24,000 bases of DNA. Source: an uncultured Candidatus Woesearchaeota archaeon (GTDB taxonomy: Archaea; Nanobdellota; Nanobdellia; Woesearchaeales; UBA10107). The notes beneath the pieces are model-generated. The model saw only the letters and a list, made by a program, of their open reading frames with translations, was not told the DNA's origin and ran no database searches. The stretch covers positions 281,376 through 305,375 of the forward strand of contig CAWIGF010000003.1 of assembly GCA_963835585.1 (NCBI GenBank), given 5' to 3'. Positions 14,501-20,727 of the stretch are shown piece after piece. The number at the start of each line of letters is the position of its first letter. The first letter of the stretch is position 1. Made by a program: the position numbers and the translations under genes.

Positions 14501-16735
14501 TACGATTACACTTTGCGTTGCTGATGTGCCGCTGACTCCTTCTGCGTCAGTCGCTGTTAGCGTTACATTGTATGTGCCGTTAACCAAATACTGATGAGTC
14601 GGATTTTGCAGGTTTGATGTGCTTCCGTCCCCGAAATTCCATGTCCAATTTGTGATTGCATAGGGTGAAGATGAAGTGTCCGTGAAGTTAAGAGTGTCAT
14701 TTACATTCACTGAAGAGCCATGGAGATATGCGAAACCTTGGATTGAGATATTGAAATTGGCAACTACATTATCGTAAGTGTAGATTGCAGTTACAGCTCC
14801 ATTGCCGTTTACACTGATGTTCGTGGTTTGCGAATTAGGACTTGTAACGCTTACGTTTCCTGTAGTATTCCATGAGTCAAACACGTAGCTTGAGTTCAAT
14901 GGAGTGTACGTTACTGTGTAGTTTCCAGGATATACACCTGTTGCAGTGACTGGAAGAGGTGTCTCATTGGTAATTATTGTGTCGACCCCATTTACGACAG
15001 CTGTAAATCCGCTGAACGTGATGTTTCCAAGATTAGTTGGATTTGTGTCAGCTCCGTTGAATGAGACTGAAAATGTGGAAGGAGCAGGCATAGGAACAAC
15101 AAGAACTGTCTGCGTTGCTGATGTGTTGCTGACTCCATCTGAGTCAGTTACAGTAAGGTCGATGTTGTATGTTCCAGGAGTCGAGTATTGATAAGTTGGA
15201 TTTTGTGACGTTGATATATTTCCGTCTCCGAAATCCCACAATCGGCTTGCTATGTTGTCGTATGAATAAGAATTATCCGTGAAGTTAAGAGTCTGATTTA
15301 CAAAAACCTGATAGACTGGAAGAGGAGGTGCTCCTGAAAGTGAAATAGTGAAATTAGCGATTGGAGCTATGTCATTGACTGTGATTTGCTGCGGTACTGG
15401 AGCAAATCCAACTCCGTCAGAGTCAGTTACCATAAGTGTTACTGGATATGTCCCGTTCTTCAAGTAGGTATGAGTAGGATTTGTTTGATTTGATGTCTGT
15501 CCATCGCCGAAGTTCCATAACTGTGAGACGATCGGATCAAGCGGCGTTCCTGGAGTCGAAAGATCAGTGAACGTGATACTTTGATTCTCTGTTATCGTTG
15601 TCGCGCTTTGCGTGAACGCTGTGTTCGGAGCTACATCACTGACCTGCACATAGGTTATATTACTTGCACTCACACCATCAGTGTCAGTTATGGTAAGATT
15701 GATTGCGTATGTTCCTTTCAAGAGGAATGTGTATGAAGGCGAAACTGTATTTCCGAAGACAGTTCCGTTCGAGAATGACCATACATACGTCAATGGCAAA
15801 TCATAGCCTGTCGATAATGCTCCGTTGAATGTTACTAGTTGATTTTCAAGCGATGTCTGGTTCGCTCCTGCATTTGCGATTGGAGGTATATCATTTACAA
15901 TAATGTTTTGTATACTTGAATTTGTAACGCCGTCAGAATCAGTTGAAGTAAGATTGATTGTGTATGTTCCGTTCTTCAAGTAAACGTGATTAGGATTTTG
16001 CAATGCTGAGGAACTTCCATCTCCAAATACCCAATTCCATGCAACTATTGTATCATAACCATGAGATAAGTCAGTGAAATTGACCTGAGCTCCTTCGTTT
16101 ACTGGATTTGGTGTGAAACTGAAGTTTGCGACTGGAGCTATATCAGAGATAGTGGCAGTAGTGCTTACTGTTGATGATCCGTTGTCAGAATCGGTAGCTG
16201 TGAAAGTTACTGTGTATGTTCCGTTCTTCAAGTAAACGTGATTAGGATTTTGCAATGCTGAGGAACTTCCATCTCCGAATGTCCAGTTGTACGAGACAAT
16301 TGTATCGCCATCGACAGGATCTGATGCTGTTCCGATGAATTTTATTGATTGATTTTCAATTCCATTGTAAGGTCCGTTTGTAATGGATGTCACAGGCAGT
16401 GCGTTCTGGATCGTTACCTGGCTTGAGCCCTGCAAGGCGCTTGGTATGTTGATTATTTTTCCGCCAACCATTGCAACTGTCGAGGCAGACCATACTTCGC
16501 ATTTCCATACATCACCATGAGTGGTATATGCCGAACTTAATGTTGAACCGATTGTGTCAGAGAATAAAACGCCGTTCTTGAACCATTTGTACACGTATTG
16601 TGAACCTGAAGGTGAGCAGCTCAAATCCTGATTGTGGAATGGAGTGCTTGGCGTTATTGTTACGCTGAGTGCCGCAACAGAAGCCAAACTAATCAAAAAT
16701 AAGAATACTATTGAAAGTAATTTTGTTTGCTTCAT
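11516..16735 (-). CDS. Giant (1739 aa) mosaic cell-surface protein: signal peptide, Ig-like domain, 7 PKD domains, 2 B-repeat-like modules, 3 Fn3-like domains, S/T/N-rich 5-residue-repeat region, C-terminal TM anchor
   Basis: Start moved to MKQTKLLSIVFLFLISLASVAALS (signal peptide) at 16735. PKD signatures of the type WxFGDG...NPxHxY...GTYxVxLTxTDxxG recur seven times. The Fn3-like pattern is ISNVxVSxITNxSAxIxW...TTYxYNITACN...GPFxFTT. The C-terminus is GVGVSIATVVIGLLLFLGIRKIWQ. Confidence 0.9.
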   Translation of the reverse strand: MKQTKLLSIVFLFLISLASVAALSVTITPSTPFHNQDLSCSPSGSQYVYKWFKNGVLFSDTIGSTLSSAYTTHGDVWKCEVWSASTVAMVGGKIINIPSALQGSSQVTIQNALPVTSITNGPYNGIENQSIKFIGTASDPVDGDTIVSYNWTFGDGSSSALQNPNHVYLKNGTYTVTFTATDSDNGSSTVSTTATISDIAPVANFSFTPNPVNEGAQVNFTDLSHGYDTIVAWNWVFGDGSSSALQNPNHVYLKNGTYTINLTSTDSDGVTNSSIQNIIVNDIPPIANAGANQTSLENQLVTFNGALSTGYDLPLTYVWSFSNGTVFGNTVSPSYTFLLKGTYAINLTITDTDGVSASNITYVQVSDVAPNTAFTQSATTITENQSITFTDLSTPGTPLDPIVSQLWNFGDGQTSNQTNPTHTYLKNGTYPVTLMVTDSDGVGFAPVPQQITVNDIAPIANFTISLSGAPPLPVYQVFVNQTLNFTDNSYSYDNIASRLWDFGDGNISTSQNPTYQYSTPGTYNIDLTVTDSDGVSNTSATQTVLVVPMPAPSTFSVSFNGADTNPTNLGNITFSGFTAVVNGVDTIITNETPLPVTATGVYPGNYTVTYTPLNSSYVFDSWNTTGNVSVTSPNSQTTNISVNGNGAVTAIYTYDNVVANFNISIQGFAYLHGSSVNVNDTLNFTDTSSSPYAITNWTWNFGDGSTSNLQNPTHQYLVNGTYNVTLTATDAEGVSGTSATQSVIVVPIPGPPLSLYSVSFDGIDTNASNPSDIGSVTFNVTVILNGIITPESLLMSLPNTTPSVVYSGNYTVTYNPLNASYVFDSWNTTGNVSVTSPNSQTTNISVNGNGAVTAIYTYNSTAVVIPPVNDTSAPVISNVNVSDITNESAIINWTTNEATNSTLVLNGLTFVSGTSYSVPVSNLTNSTTYYYNITACNMYINCSSAGPFQFTTLNNNGSVVIPPGNDTSTPFIVLSNVTATNDSVTLDWATSEITNSTLDIFGVGTFTNDTTQYSSVFVPGLVNSTTYNYNITACNIYNNCTIAGPFSFTTLNNNGSIVIPPINMTNSTAAPVISNVTNSSITNSSVIIGWNTDILANSTLNLFGVRTFNQAGTSFSVIPLALLNATTYSYNITACNVNLISNCSTAGPFSFTTLQNNGTVVIPPVNVTNNIFNSTINSVYYPANASYQITSVAIDSQSGINDSTANVITSINISTVLGGSMVIANSLFNCTIIGSIYENEPSYNCLNEVIDPSTVMNSVTTGSTITNSTVLNSNATYSTIINDYLSGANINDSHVIDSLVNNSAVQDSTVSQSNITNGSSVTESSTIIGSSIDGSSVNNSQISNSTISDNSNIYSSTITNSTVSDSNVSSSTIASSTISGSTVQNSQVTGSDIENSTVINDTLVNVVSVNSTITNSNLNNVNATNSFIDNTTATGVVFTNANVSNGNLVSGNMTINNVTYTGPVNGIPPQSPVVSFSYAPSTIYPADIVFTPTVSDANGPLIYSWTFGDGTNLLNSSHSSVPHSYTAIERYTVTLKVTDNIGLSANATETNVDVQPMILPESSSGGGLLNSVNNPTIVSPQHYLWNITQENPLTKSIREIDTIMFVYQGTTYSLLVDKIGTGNEVMLRLSPSDATRTGYLNDVYNFNVKDRQLLVTNLGVNYEQPDQNTNVNLKLFMTEPTATPLVSTPSVPQQVANGVIKISGEIAHGTPSVPVGVGVSIATVVIGLLLFLGIRKIWQ
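12353..12970 (-). repeat. About 40 tandem 5-residue (15-bp) units inside the giant gene
   Basis: DSHVI DSLVN NSAVQ DSTVS QSNIT ... NSTIS ... SSTIT NSTVS DSNVS SSTIA SSTIS GSTVQ NSQVT GSDIE NSTVI. V or I falls at every fifth position. Confidence 0.7.
14162..15367 (-). repeat. Tandem duplication of a (PKD + B-repeat-like) two-domain module, period 612 bp
   Basis: 14162-14254 is identical to 14774-14866 (93/93 by direct reading), with high similarity beyond. The protein segment FDSWNTTGNVSVTSPNSQTTNISVNGNGAVTAIYTY is repeated exactly. Confidence 0.85.
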
Positions 16736-16739
16736 GTGC

Positions 16740-18002
16740 TTATTTTCCGGAAAATATGTCGAACAGATTTCTCCAGCTAAGTCCGACTGTTCCTTCAGGA
16801 CCTGTCTGACTTGAATGTATGTCTGCATCTGTTCCCATCCCATATGCAACATCAACATCAAAACGTAAATCTTTTGCCCAATTGCCCAAGAATGCAAAGT
16901 CGTGGTTTAATGCAGCGTGGTATCTTGTGAAATTATTTCCTTCTCCGGTGAAATTGTCTGCTCCACCGCGAAGCTCTGTCCCATCGTGAAGAATTACTCG
17001 TGCTTCCAGATTAAGGTCTTGCTCGGAAACTGGATATTCGATTCCCATGACATGACCTGCTCCTGTTCTGTCCAGTATTTGTGCAGTGATCCTTGTTTTT
17101 GTTGTGTTAGTATTGTAATCAGTTCCAAACACAAGGTTTAGTCCATTTCCTTTTTGATCGTAAGGTCCGACGCTTGGAGCGTTTCCATCAGTGTTTTGCC
17201 AATTCCATCCGCCAAGCACAAATGGTGTTATACCATTTCCGACGTCAATGCCTGCACCGAGCGCAGCATCTCCTGCAAGAAGACTGAGCGTTTGTTTGTC
17301 TCCATCGACATCCAAGCTTTGTTTTGGCGCAAATTCGCCGTTAAGTGAAAGTATGATTGATATGTCGTCCTTTTTAACAACAGGTCGTGCATATACTTTG
17401 AAATCAGGTCCGTTGTTTGTTGCGACTGACTTGAATGGAGCGGCTCCGCTTCCTTCAATTGGTTGTGAATTTATTTGCGAATATGTCCATCCTGCGAATC
17501 CGCCGTCTTCCATTGTGAAATCAGAAATATTTTTTGCAGTTGCAGAATTTGATTGTGCAACAACTTTACTCATATCTATGACATTAGGTTCGTAGACTGT
17601 GGGCGCTCCTGCATTTTGCGTGAATGTTACTGGTGCGCCTGTTGCAGATTTTCCGTCAGTTGCGTATGCATTTAGAACTCCTCTCTTAACTCCTCGTATT
17701 TGCGCAGGATTTATTTTGAGAGTGACCTTGCGTCTTGCTTTTGTTTTCTTGATAGGGCTTCCCTTTATTGTATTTCCATGATTAGGTGAGCTTTGATCTC
17801 CATTTAAGATATCTATATATGTAACTGGTTGCGAAGGGGATTTTGGTTGAACATATACAGTGATATTTGATTTATCTGCATGGTATTGAGCATTATCTAT
17901 TGTTGGTTTTGCGTATGCAGAACCTATTGCTAAGAATGTCGCAGTAATTGTTGGTGCGACGTATTTGACACATTTCCCGTACATGTTTCGGATAGTATTC
18001 AT
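16740..18002 (-). CDS. Secreted beta-rich protein (420 aa) with a porin-like C-terminal half; first gene of the surface operon
   Basis: Signal-like N-terminus ...VAPTITATFLAIGSAYA|KP. It has no TM helices. The C-terminal half consists of short amphipathic strands separated by G/N/D turns. Its stop lies 4 nt before the giant gene's ATG. Confidence 0.7.
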   Translation of the reverse strand: MNTIRNMYGKCVKYVAPTITATFLAIGSAYAKPTIDNAQYHADKSNITVYVQPKSPSQPVTYIDILNGDQSSPNHGNTIKGSPIKKTKARRKVTLKINPAQIRGVKRGVLNAYATDGKSATGAPVTFTQNAGAPTVYEPNVIDMSKVVAQSNSATAKNISDFTMEDGGFAGWTYSQINSQPIEGSGAAPFKSVATNNGPDFKVYARPVVKKDDISIILSLNGEFAPKQSLDVDGDKQTLSLLAGDAALGAGIDVGNGITPFVLGGWNWQNTDGNAPSVGPYDQKGNGLNLVFGTDYNTNTTKTRITAQILDRTGAGHVMGIEYPVSEQDLNLEARVILHDGTELRGGADNFTGEGNNFTRYHAALNHDFAFLGNWAKDLRFDVDVAYGMGTDADIHSSQTGPEGTVGLSWRNLFDIFSGK

Positions 18003-18097
18003 TGTTATTCCCCCAACTAATTACACTTTGTTCTAACCAACCCCTCGTACTTGGATATGTTACTCATATATAAATGTTTTCATCAATAGTTATTATG

Positions 18098-18127
18098 TAG
18101 TAGTAACAAAATAAGGTACTATATATT
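18098..18127 (+). promoter_or_regulatory. Recurrent promoter-like module, copy C, orphan
   Basis: TAGTAGTAACAAAATAAGGTACTATATAT. It lies in the 265-bp gap between two minus-strand genes. Confidence 0.35.
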
Positions 18128-18267
18128 TTCAGTATAGAAAACAATTAACAGCATTCAGAGGGGATGCCAAAAAGGAGTAAAGCCTCTAAATTTTATATAC
18201 TGTGCAGGTAACGTAGCATGTTATTTTAATATTTCTTTGCCAGAAATCCGCACACTTTATTGGTTGC

Positions 18268-19014
18268 TTATCGAGAAGCTTTCTCATACAATCTCTTAGC
18301 TTGGGCTATTGTCAGTAAGTTATTCAGTCCATTCTTTTTCAAGCTCTTTGGTTCATTCGATTCATCGAATAAATTAACACCTACCGAGGCAGCCAGTTTA
18401 TCAATTGGTCCTCCGACACTGTAATCTTTAGGTTTAATTTCACTTAACTTTTTCCCTGTTTCTATGGCATATATTCCAGTTAAGCCATATTTTCTTGCAG
18501 CTACTAAGAACTCAGGTTCCGTGTACTTTGGAACATTTGCTGATGGTGCAGTGTAACCTGCCTTATTTTCGATATGTCTAGGAACGCTTTGTTGTGAAGT
18601 AGTGGTTGTTTTGTTTGAATTCACGTAAACGCCTAATCCTATGGCAAGAACAGCCGTTGCAGGAACAAGATATCTCAAAATTCTATTTTTATAATTTTGA
18701 TTTTTATTTGTTTCATCTTGAGTTTCTTTTTTGAAGACCTCTTCGAGAAGCTTGTATCCTCTTGGTAATTTTGTAAGGGATTGCTCTAATTCATATTCGT
18801 GTCCAGGTGCTAAAACACTTAAAGCAGGTTTTGTTACTTTCCAACCAGGACCGCTATTTAGAGTTTCTTCTCCAAGCCCCAACGTTGACCAGTCTTTTGC
18901 AGGGCCTGCATGATGTTTGCCTATTGCTTCAACCACTAATTGATTTTTCTTCGCTAATTGTCTGGCTTTTCTCTCTATCTTTATTTTTTGTAATGTTAAC
19001 ATGATTTTAGGCAA
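18268..19014 (-). CDS. Hypothetical single-pass membrane protein (about 244-248 aa)
   Basis: One central TM helix (ILRYLVPATAVLAIGLGVYV). The ORF track uses TTG at 19014; ATG at 19002 is equally possible. No motif recognised. Confidence 0.55.
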   Translation of the reverse strand: MPKIMLTLQKIKIERKARQLAKKNQLVVEAIGKHHAGPAKDWSTLGLGEETLNSGPGWKVTKPALSVLAPGHEYELEQSLTKLPRGYKLLEEVFKKETQDETNKNQNYKNRILRYLVPATAVLAIGLGVYVNSNKTTTTSQQSVPRHIENKAGYTAPSANVPKYTEPEFLVAARKYGLTGIYAIETGKKLSEIKPKDYSVGGPIDKLAASVGVNLFDESNEPKSLKKNGLNNLLTIAQAKRLYEKASR

Positions 19015-19020
19015 AGGGGA

Positions 19021-19052
19021 GTAATATTTAATCTTTTCCTTTGTTACTTCTA
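19021..19052 (-). promoter_or_regulatory. Recurrent promoter-like module, copy E, upstream of the 18268-19014 gene
   Basis: The minus strand reads TAGAAGTAACAAAGGAAAAGATTAAATATTAC. Its TATA-like part is about 28 nt upstream of ATG 19002. Confidence 0.45.
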
Positions 19053-19070
19053 TTAAGTAAATAAAATCAG

Positions 19071-19143
19071 AGCCTCCTCTGGGAATTGCACCCAGGACCT
19101 GCTGCTTACTAGGCAGCCGCTATAGCTACTAAGCCAAGGAGGC
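19071..19143 (-). tRNA. Atypical 73-nt tRNA, anticodon AGU (nominally Thr), non-canonical D and T loops
   Basis: Fold: GCCUCCU-UG-GCUU-AGUAGCUA-UAGC-G-GCUGC-CUAGUAA-GCAGC-AGGUC-CUGGG-UGCAAUU-CCCAG-AGGAGGC-U. The acceptor, anticodon and T stems are perfect. The D-loop lacks GG, and the T-loop is UGCAAUU rather than UUCRAAU. Confidence 0.6.
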
Positions 19144-19149
19144 ATGAAG

Positions 19150-19295
19150 TGCGGGAGAAGGGATTTGAACCCTCGTAGGGACTAACCCACAGGATATCTT
19201 CCTATGCAATGGTTATCCATCGCCAGGTCTTAAGTTTCGCAGAAACGACTTTCATCATTTCACCTGCGCATTTGACCAGGCTCTGCCACTCCCGC
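19150..19295 (-). tRNA. tRNA-Leu (anticodon UAA), class II, interrupted by two insertions (~27 nt and ~33 nt)
   Basis: Fold: GCGGGAG-UG-GCAG-AGCCUGGUCAA-AUGC-G-CAGGU-[27 nt, 19235-19261]-CUUAAG-[33 nt, 19196-19228]-A-UCCUG-UGGGUUAGUCCCUAC-GAGGG-UUCAAAU-CCCUU-CUCCCGC-A. The gene is 146 nt, versus about 86 nt mature. Boundaries were inferred by restoring a 7-nt anticodon loop. Confidence 0.7.
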
Positions 19296-19378
19296 ATGGC
19301 ATGAATTTTCAAGGCGTTATTTCATTTATAAACCTTCCTTACCTTTGAAGTTCTGTGCGAGAATTTGCTTATTATTGA

Positions 19379-20161
19379 TTATACCTGATTTCTAAAATAG
19401 GCAGTTAGTTTTTCTCTTAGTTTATTATCGGGCTCTTCTTGTATTTTCTTCGTAAAATCGTATTCAGGAAATGCTTTTTTCAAACATTTGGCAATAAAGT
19501 CAAATCCGACGCTTTTTTGGATTCCATCAAGAATGAATTCTTCGTTTCCTTTGGCAATATCAAAAATCTCAAAATATATATCGATTGCTCTCGGATTTTT
19601 TAGTATTTCGTAACCCCTGATAACAGCAGCCAACTCACTTCTTTTGTTCCATAATTTATCTACAAATACAGAAACTTCTTTTGAGTGCGATTCGCTGTAC
19701 CTCAGCATGCCACTCGCAGCCCAAACTATTATGAACGCTTCCTGTGGAGGATTGTCTTCAGTCAATGGATTTGAATCAACGATGTAATTTGCTGCCTTCT
19801 GTACCACATCAAATAGATTTTCATATTTTCCACAAGAAGCGACATTTCTGAATGATGATCTGAACTTGTTGCCCGCTTCTAAGAGTTCTTTATTTGACTT
19901 TAAGCATACTTCCTGCAGATTATCATTTGTTTGTTTGATTATTTCCTGAGTAATTTCATGTTCGGTAGGAACATTTTCAACGATTTTTACCAATTCTTCG
20001 CAAGGATCATAGACTTCATTTTTGCCATACGGGAAGACTAGCATCTTTAGCAGTTTGCCTTCTCGCTCTCCTTCTCTCAATTGCTCGTAATCCAGCAAAT
20101 CAGAAACTTTTCTGCTCAAATCTCTTTTTTCATAAGGAAGTATTTCTATCTCTTTTGGCAT
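19379..20161 (-). CDS. Hypothetical protein, 260 aa
   Basis: Start moved from 20182 to M8 (MPKEIEIL...). The TATA box AAATTTATATAC directly abuts the 20182 ATG and sits about 25 nt upstream of 20161. No motif recognised. Confidence 0.55.
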   Translation of the reverse strand: MPKEIEILPYEKRDLSRKVSDLLDYEQLREGEREGKLLKMLVFPYGKNEVYDPCEELVKIVENVPTEHEITQEIIKQTNDNLQEVCLKSNKELLEAGNKFRSSFRNVASCGKYENLFDVVQKAANYIVDSNPLTEDNPPQEAFIIVWAASGMLRYSESHSKEVSVFVDKLWNKRSELAAVIRGYEILKNPRAIDIYFEIFDIAKGNEEFILDGIQKSVGFDFIAKCLKKAFPEYDFTKKIQEEPDNKLREKLTAYFRNQV

Positions 20162-20214
20162 CTTGGAAGCTAAATGTAACATGTATATAAATTTTTAGAA
20201 TCCGTTTTGCATAT

Positions 20215-20727
20215 TCAGGGTGCAGGTATATATCTGCTCAGATTCAAGTACGCTTTCAGTTCTGTATGTATGTTTTCGACGTCCTTCATCAGCCCTGCAT
20301 CGTATCGTTCCATGTATTTTTTATTGACAAACTTGTCATAGATTGTTCTCAAAAAGAAGAACAGCGGCTTTGACTCCCATCTCTCGAGAAGGTCAGTAAC
20401 AAGGAATGCACTGAAAAGTATTGTGATTTTTCCCTTGTTTATTTTTATTGGCTTGTTGTCTTTCTTGATTTCTGTCTGTATCATGTCCTTGATCATTACG
20501 CGAATGTCGATTTCATACTTCACGTAATCGCTCATCTTCTTGTAGGGCATGATCTCATAATCGATTGTTTTGCCTTTCTCTCTTACACGTTCCGTATCCC
20601 TTATCTCTTGTTTTTCATATCCTTGATTGTGGAACCATTCATCCATGAGTTTGAACAGTTCAAACGCATCAAACAGCCCTTCATATTCTATTGTCAAATC
20701 ACTGATTAGTATCTTCCTTTGCGCCAT
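20215..20727 (-). CDS. Hypothetical protein, 170 aa; paralog of the upstream gene
   Basis: It shares IEYEGLFD...W...Y, DYV.YEIDI, ...W..., F..R.IYDKF...Y with 20706-21257. It overlaps the upstream gene by 22 nt. Confidence 0.6.
   Translation of the reverse strand: MAQRKILISDLTIEYEGLFDAFELFKLMDEWFHNQGYEKQEIRDTERVREKGKTIDYEIMPYKKMSDYVKYEIDIRVMIKDMIQTEIKKDNKPIKINKGKITILFSAFLVTDLLERWESKPLFFFLRTIYDKFVNKKYMERYDAGLMKDVENIHTELKAYLNLSRYIPAP

Noticed and set aside
12336-15191. Plus-strand ORFs inside the giant gene (12336..12887, 13410..13652, 13707..13946, 13971..14165, 14373..14594, 14946..15191, 16632..16814)
   Set aside because: These are antisense shadows of a long repetitive minus-strand CDS. 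Their peptides are low-complexity mirrors of the S/T/N-rich frame.
16740-16897. Upstream extension of the giant ORF (MHSWAIGQKIYVLML..., 54 codons)
   Set aside because: It overlaps the 3' end of the 420-aa gene. A canonical signal peptide begins at the internal ATG 16735, 4 nt after that gene's stop.
19196-19261. C/D-box sRNA embedded in the tRNA-Leu inserts (AUGAUGA C box)
   Set aside because: The C-box-like heptamer is perfect, but the expected CUGA D/D' boxes are absent (only CUGC and CUGU), and the spacing does not fit. It is kept only as a remark in the tRNA-Leu finding.
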